From NCBI GenBank assembly GCA_000990585.1, contig LBQD01000004.1, positions 41,707-105,706 of the forward strand: a stretch of 64,000 nt of DNA, read 5' to 3'. The position numbers and the translations under genes were made by a program. The DNA is from Candidatus Moranbacteria bacterium GW2011_GWE2_35_2- (GTDB lineage Bacteria; Patescibacteriota; Minisyncoccia; Moranbacterales; UBA9337). A model generated the notes under the pieces. That model worked only from the letters and a program-made list of their open reading frames with translations. It searched no databases and had not been told where the DNA came from. Of the stretch, positions 1-12,425 are shown one piece after another. Position 1 is the first letter of the stretch, and every line of letters begins with the position of its first letter.

Positions 1-966
1 TATCCAAAAGTTTTGATAAAAAGAAAAACAGATATTCAAAATATTCAACGTTCAATGTCTGATGTTCAAAAATTATATGGACCGTATACAAGCAAAAAGC
101 AAATGGAAATTGCTCTTAAGATTATTCGTAAGATTTTTCCTTTTCATAATCGGAATGAAAAATCAGAAAAGGGTTGTTTGGATTTTCAAATTGGGATGTG
201 CCCCGGACCGTATGCGGGGGCAATTTCCAAAAAAGATTATGTGAAAAATATCAGCGGAATCAAAATGATTTTGGAAGGAAAAAGAAAGAATTTAGTTAAA
301 AAATTGGAAAAAGAAATGGATAATTTTTCCAAAAAAGAAGAATTTGAAAAAGCTGATGAAATAAAGAGAAAATTATTTGCTCTCAAACATATTCAGGATG
401 TCGCGCTTATCTCTGAAAAAGATGATAACTTTCAGATAAATTCAAAATTCATCCGAATTGAGGCGTACGATATTTCCAATATTTCTGGACAGTACGCAGT
501 GGGTTCGATGGTTGTGTTCGATAATTCTTTTGGAGAAATAGCGTCGAATAAAAGTGAGTATCGAAAATTTAAAATCAAAACCATTGCTGGTGCCGATGAT
601 ACGAGGATGATGAGGGAAGTTTTAGCTAGAAGATTTCGCAATAATTGGATGATGCCGGATGTTGTTTTCCTTGATGGAGGAAAAGGTCATTTGAATATGG
701 CAGAAAAATTATGGAAAGAATTGGGGGTCGGTATTCCGATTTTGGCGGTGGCCAAAGGACCGACGAGGAAAATTTCTAATTCTCAATTTCTAATTTCTAA
801 ACAATTTCCTCCGCCAGCTGGCGGATCAAAATTAAAATTTCACAAACAATTTTCGGAGATATTAAACAATAGAAATTTAATTAAAAGAATAACCGACGAG
901 GCACATCGGTTCGCGATTTTCTATCATCGAAAAGTGAGAGGAAAACAGTTTAGATTGGGCGGATAA
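1..966 (+). CDS. uvrC: Excinuclease ABC subunit C, 5'-truncated by the window edge; short form without the C-terminal HhH domain
   Basis: Frame open from base 1; CLDFQIGMCPGP, UVR coiled coil, RIEAYDISNISG, LDGGKGHL and DEAHRFA motifs. Confidence 0.93.
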   Translation, partial: YPKVLIKRKTDIQNIQRSMSDVQKLYGPYTSKKQMEIALKIIRKIFPFHNRNEKSEKGCLDFQIGMCPGPYAGAISKKDYVKNISGIKMILEGKRKNLVKKLEKEMDNFSKKEEFEKADEIKRKLFALKHIQDVALISEKDDNFQINSKFIRIEAYDISNISGQYAVGSMVVFDNSFGEIASNKSEYRKFKIKTIAGADDTRMMREVLARRFRNNWMMPDVVFLDGGKGHLNMAEKLWKELGVGIPILAVAKGPTRKISNSQFLISKQFPPPAGGSKLKFHKQFSEILNNRNLIKRITDEAHRFAIFYHRKVRGKQFRLGG

Positions 967-1063
967 TCTTCGATTAATGTTAATAAATGCGATCCCTTTA
1001 CATTTATCTTATTTTCCGCTATCATTTGTAATTAGCGAAATAACTTTTAAAAATCAGAGAATT

Positions 1064-3931
1064 ATGTCCGGAAAAAAAAACTTTTCCAAAGATGGCGGGA
1101 AAAATAAAAACAATATTATAGTGCGAGGCGCCAAGGTTAATAATTTGCGCGATGTTGATGTTGATGTTCCCAGGAATAAATTTGTGGTAATAACCGGTCT
1201 TTCAGGATCTGGGAAATCTTCTTTAGCTTTTGATACGATTTATGCCGAAGGTAATCGTCGTTATATGGAGGGTCTTTCTTCTTACGCACGAAATTTTTTG
1301 GATGTTTCTTCCAAACCGGAAGTGGATAGAATTGAAAATCTTAGTCCTACAATTTCCATCGATCAAAAAAGTGTAGTGCGCAGTCCGCGTTCAACTGTGG
1401 GAACTCTTACGGAAATATATGATTATTTGCGTATTCTGTTTGCCAAGACCGGCAATATTCATTGCGCGCATTGCGGAACTTTAATGGAAAAAAAGGATAA
1501 AAAGGAAGTATTTAAAGAGATAATTTCTTATCCTTCCGGAACGCAAATCGCCATTTTATCTCGTTATGGAAAAAAAGAAAAATCCCCAAAAGATGTTTTG
1601 CGTCAGATTCAACAATTGGGATATGCGCGAGTGAGATTTGAAAATAAGATAAAATCTGTAAGCGAAGCGCTTATGATTGTGGATGAAAAAATGTTAATTG
1701 ATATTGATATCATTGTTGATCGATTGGAACTCGATAAAAAAAATATTGATGATGAAAGAATTGCAGATTCGATTGAAACCGCTTTGAGGCTCGGAGGAGG
1801 GTCGATGATTGTTTTGGTTAATCAAGAAAAAGAATTGCAGTATAATCAAGAATACGTTTGTCATAATTGCCAGACTAAAATAAAGGAAATTACCCCGAGA
1901 AATTTTTCTTTTAATAATCCGGAAGGCGCTTGCAGTGATTGTAGCGGATTGGGAATTAAAATGGAAATTGATTCGGAGTTGATTATTCCAAATAAAAAAC
2001 TTTCTTTGGCTGAGGGAGCAATTCGCCCATGGAGCAAAGCCGGAGGCAGAATGGGAGAGAATGGATATAGCGTGTTGATAGAAGATTTGGCTCATAAATA
2101 TGGGTTTTCTCTGAACACTCCCATTGAAAAACTTTCAAGTGGAAATCTGAAAATAATTCTGTATGGGGAATCGGAAAATAATTCGATTGAAAAAAAATCA
2201 ACGGCAAGGCTGGATGGATTACGGGGGGCAAGCGTAAAATTTCAAGGAGTAATTCCTATTTTGGAATGGCGATATCGGGAAACCAATTCTGATTATGTTC
2301 GCAATGAAATTGAAAAGTATATGGTAGCGAAAATATGTTCCTCTTGTCAGGGAAAACGCTTGAAGAAAGAATATCTTGGCGTTTTGATTGATGAAAAATC
2401 AATTGATGATTTTGTTAATATGAGTATCTCTGACTTGAAAAATTATTTGCAATATTTTTCAAAAAAAGAAAAAGATATTCGAAATCGGGAGATTTCCGAA
2501 GTTTTAATAAAAGAAGCGGTTGAAAGGTTGATTGCGTTGGAAAACGTAGGATTGGAATATTTGAGTTTAGCACGCGGCACTAAAACTATTTCCGGAGGAG
2601 AAGCGCAAAGAATACGCCTTGCGGTGCAAATAAAATCCCAATTGATGGGAATAATATATGTTTTGGATGAACCTTCTATTGGGTTGCATAGCCGCGATAC
2701 GGAAAAACTGATTAAAACAATCAAATCCTTGCGCGACGAAGGAAACTCTTTGGTTGTAGTTGAACATGACAGCGATTTTATCAAATCCGCAGATTGGATA
2801 ATTGATATGGGTCCGGGCGCCGGAGAAGAAGGCGGAAAAGTTATTTTTGAAGGAGATTATGAGAAATTGAAAAAATCTTCAACTTCCACCGCTGAATATA
2901 TTTCTGGAAAAAAGAAAGTTTCAGACAAAAAAAAGTTTCGCTCGCAAAGTAAAAAAAACATTGAAATTATCAAAGCATGCGAACATAACTTGAAGGATAT
3001 CGATGTGAAAATTCCTTTGGAAAAATTTGTGGTGGTTTGCGGGGTGAGCGGAAGCGGAAAATCCACTCTGGTTAATGATATTCTTGCCAAGGCGCTTTCA
3101 AAATATTTTTATGGAGCACGTGCATCAGTTGGAAAACACAAAGTAATTAAAGGATTGGAAAATGTGAATAAAGTTATTAATATTAGTCAAAGTCCGATTG
3201 GAAGAACTCCGAGATCAAACGCCGCTACCTATACCGGATTATTTTCTCATATTCGGGAAATTTTTGCTGATACAGAGGAATCTAAAAGTCGTGGATATAC
3301 ATCTAGTCGATTCAGTTTTAATATGAAAGGCGGACGTTGCGAGGTTTGTCAGGGGGATGGAATGAGAAAAATAGAGATGCATTTGCTTCCGGATATGTAT
3401 GTTAAATGCGAGGCGTGTGGTGGCACGCGGTATAACAAAAAAACACTCGAAATTGAATATCAAGGAGTTAATATCGCCGAAGTTTTGGATATGAGCGTGA
3501 GTTATGCGATGAATTTTTTTAAACGTCATCCTTTGATGTATGAGAAACTCAGGACGATGGATGATGTCGGTTTAGGATATCTGAAATTGGGACAAAGCGC
3601 CACTAATCTTTCCGGAGGAGAAGCGCAAAGGATAAAATTGGCGACTGAATTGGCGCGAAAATCAACGGGAAAAACTTTGTATATTTTGGATGAACCGACA
3701 ATCGGGCTTCATTTTTCCGATGTGAAAAAATTGCTCAAAGTTTTGGATGCGTTAGTGGACAAAGGAAATACAGTTATTTCTGTTGAGCATAATATTGATG
3801 TAATTCGCAATGCTGATTGGGTGATTGAATTGGGTCCGGATGGAGGAGATAAAGGAGGAAAAATTATTTTTGAAGGAACTCCCGATAAGCTGGCAAGGAA
3901 CAAAAAAAGTTGGACGGGAAAATATTTGTAA
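1064..3931 (+). CDS. uvrA: Excinuclease ABC subunit A
   Basis: Two ABC cassettes (GLSGSGKS, GVSGSGKS, SGGEAQRI twice) and CxxC zinc fingers; start set at ATG 1064. Confidence 0.97.
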   Translation: MSGKKNFSKDGGKNKNNIIVRGAKVNNLRDVDVDVPRNKFVVITGLSGSGKSSLAFDTIYAEGNRRYMEGLSSYARNFLDVSSKPEVDRIENLSPTISIDQKSVVRSPRSTVGTLTEIYDYLRILFAKTGNIHCAHCGTLMEKKDKKEVFKEIISYPSGTQIAILSRYGKKEKSPKDVLRQIQQLGYARVRFENKIKSVSEALMIVDEKMLIDIDIIVDRLELDKKNIDDERIADSIETALRLGGGSMIVLVNQEKELQYNQEYVCHNCQTKIKEITPRNFSFNNPEGACSDCSGLGIKMEIDSELIIPNKKLSLAEGAIRPWSKAGGRMGENGYSVLIEDLAHKYGFSLNTPIEKLSSGNLKIILYGESENNSIEKKSTARLDGLRGASVKFQGVIPILEWRYRETNSDYVRNEIEKYMVAKICSSCQGKRLKKEYLGVLIDEKSIDDFVNMSISDLKNYLQYFSKKEKDIRNREISEVLIKEAVERLIALENVGLEYLSLARGTKTISGGEAQRIRLAVQIKSQLMGIIYVLDEPSIGLHSRDTEKLIKTIKSLRDEGNSLVVVEHDSDFIKSADWIIDMGPGAGEEGGKVIFEGDYEKLKKSSTSTAEYISGKKKVSDKKKFRSQSKKNIEIIKACEHNLKDIDVKIPLEKFVVVCGVSGSGKSTLVNDILAKALSKYFYGARASVGKHKVIKGLENVNKVINISQSPIGRTPRSNAATYTGLFSHIREIFADTEESKSRGYTSSRFSFNMKGGRCEVCQGDGMRKIEMHLLPDMYVKCEACGGTRYNKKTLEIEYQGVNIAEVLDMSVSYAMNFFKRHPLMYEKLRTMDDVGLGYLKLGQSATNLSGGEAQRIKLATELARKSTGKTLYILDEPTIGLHFSDVKKLLKVLDALVDKGNTVISVEHNIDVIRNADWVIELGPDGGDKGGKIIFEGTPDKLARNKKSWTGKYL

Positions 3932-4028
3932 AAATTATAATATGTGTTGTCATTTTCGTGCCGCGTTCTCCGTTAGGGGAGAAGTAGAAATCTACTTTGT
4001 ATAACTTCCGCTTTACGATAAATATTTT

Positions 4029-4967
4029 ATGTCAAATTTATCTAAAAACATTTTTGCCACTATTTGTTATTATGACTGCTTGAATTACCCGCTCACTTCT
4101 TTTGAGATTTGGAAGTATTTAATCGAGGCGGATTATTGTAATATAACTGAAAATAATTCAGGCATTGCGAGTTTGGCGGAAGTAGTGGAATGCTTGGAAG
4201 ACAAAAAACTTCAAGAAGTTGTCGGTTTTGATAGGGGTTTCTATTTTATCAAGAATCGAAAGGATTTGGTTGACGGAAGACTGCGAGGAAACAAAACCGC
4301 TATTTTGAAAATACAAAAGATGAAAAAATTCATCTGGTTTTTGCGTTTCGTGCCTTTTGTGAAAATGATTGGAGTGACTGGGCGTTTGGCGATGAAAACA
4401 GCCGCTTTGGGGAGTGATTGGGATTTGTTGGTTATTCTTCGTGGCGGAAGAATTTGGACAGGACGAACTTTTTTTACTTTGGCGACACATATTCTGGGTA
4501 AAAGGAGGTATGGAAAAAAAATCAGAAATCGTTTTTGTCTTAATTATTTTATTACGGAAAAAACTTTGGAAATAACTAACAAAGACTTGTTTTCCGCCAA
4601 TGAATATTTTTTTATGTTTCCTATCTTTGATAGTGGAAATATTTTTGAGAAATTTCAAGCGGAGAATATATGGATTAAAAAATTTCATCCGAATTATTAT
4701 TTGGCAAAATCGGAAAATTATATGACAATAAGAGATGGATGGCTTTCCGCACGTGTTCGCTCTGTATTAGAGACACTGTTTGATTGGCAATGGTTGGAAG
4801 AATTTTTGGCGAAAGTTGAGAAGAAAAAAATAGCAAGTAATCCAAAAACGGCGCGAAGAGGAAGCTATATCGAGGCATCCGATCGGGCGCTGATTTTTTT
4901 ACCCAAACCGCAAGGTCCGAAAATATTCGAAAGATTTAAAAGAAATTTGAGTAAAGTTGATTTATAA
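4029..4967 (+). CDS. Pol-beta-like nucleotidyltransferase domain protein
   Basis: GVTGRLA...SDWDLL resembles the G[SG]-x-DxD nucleotidyltransferase signature. Confidence 0.6.
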   Translation: MSNLSKNIFATICYYDCLNYPLTSFEIWKYLIEADYCNITENNSGIASLAEVVECLEDKKLQEVVGFDRGFYFIKNRKDLVDGRLRGNKTAILKIQKMKKFIWFLRFVPFVKMIGVTGRLAMKTAALGSDWDLLVILRGGRIWTGRTFFTLATHILGKRRYGKKIRNRFCLNYFITEKTLEITNKDLFSANEYFFMFPIFDSGNIFEKFQAENIWIKKFHPNYYLAKSENYMTIRDGWLSARVRSVLETLFDWQWLEEFLAKVEKKKIASNPKTARRGSYIEASDRALIFLPKPQGPKIFERFKRNLSKVDL

Positions 4968-4988
4968 AAAATATAAACAAAAAATATT

Positions 4989-6020
4989 ATGTATGCGATT
5001 ATTTTGTGCGGAGGAAGCGGAACAAGACTTTGGCCACTTAGTCGAAAAAGCACGCCAAAACAATTTTTGAGTTTGTACAGCAAGAGATCCTTATTGCAAG
5101 AAACATTTTTGAGAATGCGGGAAATTATGCCGGCGGAAAATATTTTTTTTAGCACTTATGGAAAAATTTCCGCTGATAAAGTGTTTGATCAAATATCGCG
5201 AGTTGAAAAAAAGGTCAAAAAAAATCAGGTAATTTTGGAACCGGAAAAGCTCAATACTGCGCCGGCGATTGCGGCGGCGGTACGTCATTTGCAACAGAAA
5301 ACCGGAATTGATGAAAACGATCCGATTATTGTTTTACCCTCGGATCACTATATTGGAAATAAAAAAGAATATTTGCGCGTAGTGAAAATGGCGATGGAAA
5401 AAGTTGGCAGTAATATTGGGACAATCGGCATTGTGCCAACTGGACCGGAAATCGGATATGGCTATATCAAAAAAGGAAAAAAAGAGGATGATTATTTTCT
5501 CGCGGATGAATTCAAGGAGAAACCGGATAAGAGCACAGCTAAGAGATATATCAAATCCAGAAAATATATTTGGAACAGTGGAATGTATATTTTTAACACA
5601 AAAACTTTTTTAGAAGAGCTTGAAAAATACGTTCCCAAAATATATCAAGCTATTACAGCTAAAAGTAATAAAGAATTTTCGGTGAAATTTAAAAGCTTAG
5701 ATTCAATATCAATCGACTATGCAATTTCGGAAAAATCCGACAAGGTAATAATTTTCGAGGGAGATTTCGAGTGGAATGATATTGGATCTTTTGATAGTCT
5801 CGCGGAGGTTTTAGCAGGAAGCCAGGGAAAAAACCGCAATGTGATTGTCGGAGCAGAAAATGTTTTTATTCACAGCAGTAGCAAGGAAAAAAGAATCGCA
5901 GTGGTCGGAGTGGATGATTTGATTGTAGTTGAAGACGGAGATGCAATCCTTATTGCTAGAAAAGGACAAAGTGAGGATGTAAAAAAAGTAGTAGATTTTT
6001 TGAAAGAAAGAAAAAAATAA
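4989..6020 (+). CDS. manC: Mannose-1-phosphate guanylyltransferase
   Basis: ILCGGSGTRLWPLSR..PKQF, PSDH, FKEKP, WNSG, SIDYA and WNDIGS motifs. Confidence 0.93.
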   Translation: MYAIILCGGSGTRLWPLSRKSTPKQFLSLYSKRSLLQETFLRMREIMPAENIFFSTYGKISADKVFDQISRVEKKVKKNQVILEPEKLNTAPAIAAAVRHLQQKTGIDENDPIIVLPSDHYIGNKKEYLRVVKMAMEKVGSNIGTIGIVPTGPEIGYGYIKKGKKEDDYFLADEFKEKPDKSTAKRYIKSRKYIWNSGMYIFNTKTFLEELEKYVPKIYQAITAKSNKEFSVKFKSLDSISIDYAISEKSDKVIIFEGDFEWNDIGSFDSLAEVLAGSQGKNRNVIVGAENVFIHSSSKEKRIAVVGVDDLIVVEDGDAILIARKGQSEDVKKVVDFLKERKK

Positions 6021-6126
6021 AGAAGAATGTTTCTAAATATAGCCGTCCTTTTAAAGCTGTTTCTCTTGTATTTTTGTTAAAAATAAGCTATGATAAAGTG
6101 GTGGTAATTTGGTAAAAGGAGTAAAT

Positions 6127-6495
6127 ATGACCTTGAAATCGTATCTTTGGGGCTTGCGAATTATAGCCTTAATTTCGGTTATTTCTTGGGTAATCGTGAT
6201 TGTCAATATTGACCCTGATGTTTCTGTTTTTGTCGGACAGGGTTTGTTTTTTGTCAGTATGTTCGCAATGCTTTCCAGTACGCTCACTCTTTTTTTTACA
6301 TGGATGAGAAAAACAATGTCCGGAGGAGAAAGTGCATTTGTTCATCTGGGAATGAGTCTTCGTCAAGGGATACTGATTTCTTTACTGGTAATTGTTTTGC
6401 TTTTTTTTCAAAGACTTCAAATTTTGGTTTGGTGGGACGGACTTTTGTTGGCGGCAGGATTTTTTTTAATTGAATTGTATTTTTTAACGAGGTGA
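6127..6495 (+). CDS. Hypothetical membrane protein, about 4 TM helices
   Basis: Four hydrophobic segments; ATG at 6127. Confidence 0.75.
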   Translation: MTLKSYLWGLRIIALISVISWVIVIVNIDPDVSVFVGQGLFFVSMFAMLSSTLTLFFTWMRKTMSGGESAFVHLGMSLRQGILISLLVIVLLFFQRLQILVWWDGLLLAAGFFLIELYFLTR

Positions 6496-6581
6496 TTTAT
6501 CGCATAACACATAACATATAACAAAGCATAAATTTTTTAAATTGTTTTATGCTCTATGTTCTGTGCTTTATGTTTTATTGA

Positions 6582-8597
<2,016 letters not shown>

Positions 8598-8623
8598 ATT
8601 GCAACAATGATATATTTTATTTT

Positions 8624-8655
8624 AACGCCTTCATTTTTTAAGGGAGGCGTTTTTT
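8624..8655 (+). terminator. Intrinsic terminator after gyrB
   Basis: AACGCCTTC...GGAGGCGTT stem followed by a T tract. Confidence 0.7.
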
Positions 8656-8707
8656 AAATGAAATTCTTATTTGATTTTGTTTGAAATTTTTTGTATAATA
8701 ATTGATA

Positions 8708-9808
8708 ATGAGCAATTACAGAAAAACAAAAAATAACAAAAGCGGAATTCGAAAAGTGGATGGAGTCGGTGCGGATCCTCGAGTGATTCGGTTTTTCGAA
8801 ACCTTGAAATCCAAAGAATTCAACTCATTACTGTATTCCAGAGGAAGAATATCGCGAAAATTTTTTACCGAGGATTCCGGTTTGTATATCACACCTAAGC
8901 AGGCGGAATCGATCAAAGATGGGATGAAGTTGAATATACGTCCGGGAATTTTTGACGGATTGAGTAATCGGGCGGTTTGCCGATATAGAGCATATCGTCC
9001 CGGACAAAAAGACGCCTTGTATGTCAAATACGTCAATTTAGTTCAAAAGTATGTCGACATAGAAAGAAAAATTAAAGAAGGTGTCGGAAATTTTGCGGGT
9101 CAATTGTCTTTCGTGAAAGCATACAATCTTTCTATTATCGGGGCGATTGTTTTGGGAATGCTTACGATGTCTTTCATATATCAATATTTTGGACTTAGTG
9201 CTTCAGCTAGAAGCGAGAAAAATGCCGCCTTGATTCAAAAAGCGCAAGAACAAGAACTTGGTGTAGATAATGATAGTGTCGCTGAAGAGGAAGCAGACGC
9301 AAGTAAAAAGGAAGAAGAATGGAGCAAAGAAGAAGAGGAGGAATATATCAAACAGATGACAAGTTATTTAGAAAATGCCGAAAAGGAAAAAACCGAGAAG
9401 GAAATAAAAGAGATGGTAGAAGGTTATCCGATTGAAAAGATGCTTCCGTATATTATGGAAAAAGATCATATTGTTGCTGCTTTTATGATTAGCATCGCCA
9501 AGAAGGAAAGCAATTGGGGAAAGCGTGTGCCGGTACTTGATGGTCAGGATTGCTATAATTATTGGGGTTATCGTGGGCAAAGAAGATTGATGGGAAGTGG
9601 AGGGCATACTTGTTTCAATAGCCGGAAAGACGCGGTGGATACTGTCGCCAAAAGAATCCAATGGCTCGTAAAAAACAAAAAACTCAATACTCCGGAAAAG
9701 ATGGTTATTTGGAAATGCGGATCGGATTGCAATGCGACCGGAGGACAGGAAGCCGCGAGAAAATGGATCAGCGATGTAAACATGTACTTCAAAAAGCTCA
9801 ATTATTAG
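8708..9808 (+). CDS. Membrane-anchored protein with a C-terminal lysozyme-like domain
   Basis: One TM helix, acidic linker, IAKKESNWG...CYNYWG motif; paralog of 9982..10653. Confidence 0.6.
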   Translation: MSNYRKTKNNKSGIRKVDGVGADPRVIRFFETLKSKEFNSLLYSRGRISRKFFTEDSGLYITPKQAESIKDGMKLNIRPGIFDGLSNRAVCRYRAYRPGQKDALYVKYVNLVQKYVDIERKIKEGVGNFAGQLSFVKAYNLSIIGAIVLGMLTMSFIYQYFGLSASARSEKNAALIQKAQEQELGVDNDSVAEEEADASKKEEEWSKEEEEEYIKQMTSYLENAEKEKTEKEIKEMVEGYPIEKMLPYIMEKDHIVAAFMISIAKKESNWGKRVPVLDGQDCYNYWGYRGQRRLMGSGGHTCFNSRKDAVDTVAKRIQWLVKNKKLNTPEKMVIWKCGSDCNATGGQEAARKWISDVNMYFKKLNY

Positions 9809-9981
9809 AACATGAAAGAGAATTATTGTAAATAGTGGAATTTTTACTTTTTAGCCGCCAATTCATTTTGGCGGCCTTTGTTTTCAGCTTAAACAATGGA
9901 TAAAACCGGTTATTGACACCGGGCTGTTTTTTTGCTATTCTAGAATGCATGTTGAAAAAATAATCAGTAATTTATTTGTTT

Positions 9982-10653
9982 ATGAGTAAAAATCCTCCGG
10001 GGTTTTGTGGGAAAATAATAATCGCATCCATCCTGGTGATTATCTCAGGCTGTTTTTTTTACAGCCGGATCGATTCTATTTTTGGAGCAAATTTTGCCCA
10101 GGGAAAAGAATTGAAAAATTCAGTTTGGGAAGAGGAAGAATATTTGAGTGTTCTTTCCGGTGAAAAGAATTTTTTAGGTTCAGAGTATAATTTCAGTAGT
10201 GGCGATGAGGAGAAAATTGATCCGGAAAAAAAGGCGTTGGAAAATCAGTTGCGTGAAATTGCGGCGGGATATCCAATCGAAGAGATGATTCCTTATATCT
10301 CCGAATATGACAGAAAAATTGCCGGCTTGATTGTGGGAATTGCCAAAAAGGAAAGCGATTGGGGAAAACATGCGCCGTCTAAGGATGGTAAAACTTGTTA
10401 TAATTATTGGGGATACAAAGGAGGCGGTAGCTTGGGACATTCTTTGGGATATGGGTGTTTTGCTAGTCCTGAAGAGGGAGTGAATGCTATTGGAGGAAGA
10501 ATTCAAGAATTAGTGAATAAAAAATTGAATACTCCTTCAAAGATGATTGTTTGGAAATGCGGATCGACTTGCGCGGGACATGATCCGGCGGGTGTGAAAA
10601 AATGGATTAGCGATGTGTCGATTTACTTTGATAAAATATCCAAAAAGGGTTAA
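9982..10653 (+). CDS. Exported lysozyme-like domain protein, paralog of the upstream gene
   Basis: N-terminal TM helix; shares GYPIExM, IAKKESDWG, CYNYWG, LNTP..M..WKCGS and KWISDV. Confidence 0.6.
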   Translation: MSKNPPGFCGKIIIASILVIISGCFFYSRIDSIFGANFAQGKELKNSVWEEEEYLSVLSGEKNFLGSEYNFSSGDEEKIDPEKKALENQLREIAAGYPIEEMIPYISEYDRKIAGLIVGIAKKESDWGKHAPSKDGKTCYNYWGYKGGGSLGHSLGYGCFASPEEGVNAIGGRIQELVNKKLNTPSKMIVWKCGSTCAGHDPAGVKKWISDVSIYFDKISKKG

Positions 10654-10675
10654 AATAGGAATAACTAGAAAATAT

Positions 10676-11023
10676 ATGGCGCTTGAAAATATCAACTCAA
10701 AAGATTTCAAAAACATGCTGGATAGCGAGAGGGAAAATCTTGAAATTATCGATGTGCGGGAAAAAGATGAGCATGATTTAATAAAAATCAAAGGATCGAA
10801 ATTGATTCCTCTTTCTGAAATCGGAAATAGTTTGGACAAAATCGATTGGAGCAAGAAAGTTGTTTTTGTTTGTCGGAGCGGAAGCCGGAGCGGATATGTG
10901 GCGCAGATGCTGGCGCAGAGCGGAAAGGATGTCATCAATCTTGCTGGCGGAGTATATGAACTCAATCTTGACGATTGCGATTGCCTGGAAAAAGCTTCCG
11001 GGTGTTGCGGCGGATATTTGTAA
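10676..11023 (+). CDS. Rhodanese-like domain protein
   Basis: IIDVRE, CRSGSRS active-site loop, NLAGG; Cys-rich tail. Confidence 0.88.
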   Translation: MALENINSKDFKNMLDSERENLEIIDVREKDEHDLIKIKGSKLIPLSEIGNSLDKIDWSKKVVFVCRSGSRSGYVAQMLAQSGKDVINLAGGVYELNLDDCDCLEKASGCCGGYL

Positions 11024-11056
11024 TTATTATTAAGAATTAATCAAAAATAAAAAAAT

Positions 11057-11317
11057 ATGGAAGGTGATATAAAGTTTTCAGATAATAATACTGAAAAAGA
11101 AAAATTTTCTCCGCAGTTTCTTGCTTTTATTTCAGTTCTTTTTGGGTTGGGATCGATATTTCCTTTTGCTGCATTAATATTTTCAATACCGGGAGTGATA
11201 TTTGGCATGATGGCCGTTAAAAGAGGTGAAAAATTGATTGGTCAAATAGGTATTGGGCTATCTGTTTTTTTTCTTTTTTTATGGCTTTTTTTCATTGGTA
11301 TGATTAGCAGCTATTAA
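11057..11317 (+). CDS. Small 2-TM membrane protein (DUF4190-like)
   Basis: Two Gly-rich hydrophobic helices. Confidence 0.6.
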   Translation: MEGDIKFSDNNTEKEKFSPQFLAFISVLFGLGSIFPFAALIFSIPGVIFGMMAVKRGEKLIGQIGIGLSVFFLFLWLFFIGMISSY

Positions 11318-11343
11318 TTTTTTTTAGATATTTGATAAAATTT

Positions 11344-12399
11344 ATGAATTTTTATCAAAAATTATCCGCATTGAATATTTTGGGTAGTACTGGAAATGAG
11401 TATCTTCATTTTTTGCTGGTTTTTGTTTTGTGGATAGCGGTGTTTAAATTATTTCAAGTTCTTGTGATGAACCGGTTACAGCAGTTTTCAGACAGAACAA
11501 AAACCGATTTGGATAATTTCATTTTAAGCGTGGTAAAAAGTATCAAACCTCCGTTTTACTTCATAATCGCATTGTATGTGTCTTTTAATGTTCTGGTTTT
11601 TTCGGCTAATATAGAAGGGATTATAAAATACATAGTTTTTGCCGTAATCGCTATTCAAGTGGTTTTGATTTTGCAAAAAGTGGTGGATTATGTGACAATC
11701 AGGATTGCTAAAAAAGCGGAAGCTGATGGCGGAGGAAAAGAAGCGATTTACTTGGGGGGAAAAATAGTTAATGTAGCTTTATGGGTGGTTGCAATTTTAA
11801 TGGTTCTTTCCAATTTGGGATTCAACGTTTCATCTGTTCTTGCCGGTTTGGGAATTGGAGGTATTGCAGTGGCTCTTGCCGCGCAGAATGTTTTGGGGGA
11901 TATTTTTTCTTCTTTTTCCATCGTTATCGACAAGCCTTTTAAGGTCGGAGATTTTGTTTCGATCGGAACAGAAAAAGGGACGGTGAAAAAAATCGGCATT
12001 AAGACGACACGACTAAAAACATTGCAAGGAGAAGAATTGGTAATTTCCAACAAGGACTTGACCAATGCCAGGGTCCAGAATTTCAAAAGATTAAAGCGAA
12101 GGAGAGTATCGTTTAATTTGGGAATAGTATATGGGACGAAAATAGAGAAGCTGAAAAAAATTCCGGAAATTATCAAGGGGATAATTGAGAAAGAAGAGTT
12201 GGCATCTTTTGGGCGGGTACATTTTCGGGATTACGGGGATTTCAGTTTAATTTTCAAAATTATTTATTATGTTGAGTCCGGAGATTTCAAGGATTATATG
12301 AATGTGAGGCAAAATATTAATTTGGCTGTTTATGAGGCTTTCGAAAAAGAGGGAATCGATTTTGCTTATCCAACACAAACTATAATGGTGAGCAAATAA
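11344..12399 (+). CDS. mscS: Small-conductance mechanosensitive channel, MscS family
   Basis: GLGIGGIAVALAAQ, KPFKVGD, GTV..IG.KTT and FAYPTQ motifs. Confidence 0.92.
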   Translation: MNFYQKLSALNILGSTGNEYLHFLLVFVLWIAVFKLFQVLVMNRLQQFSDRTKTDLDNFILSVVKSIKPPFYFIIALYVSFNVLVFSANIEGIIKYIVFAVIAIQVVLILQKVVDYVTIRIAKKAEADGGGKEAIYLGGKIVNVALWVVAILMVLSNLGFNVSSVLAGLGIGGIAVALAAQNVLGDIFSSFSIVIDKPFKVGDFVSIGTEKGTVKKIGIKTTRLKTLQGEELVISNKDLTNARVQNFKRLKRRRVSFNLGIVYGTKIEKLKKIPEIIKGIIEKEELASFGRVHFRDYGDFSLIFKIIYYVESGDFKDYMNVRQNINLAVYEAFEKEGIDFAYPTQTIMVSK

Positions 12400-12425
12400 T
12401 TGTTGGTTTTGGATAGTGGAATTAT

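Noticed and set aside
3932-4028. Possible structured RNA between uvrA and the nucleotidyltransferase gene
   Set aside because: Only a short TTCTCC/GGAGAA hairpin in a degenerate repeat-like context; too little to call.
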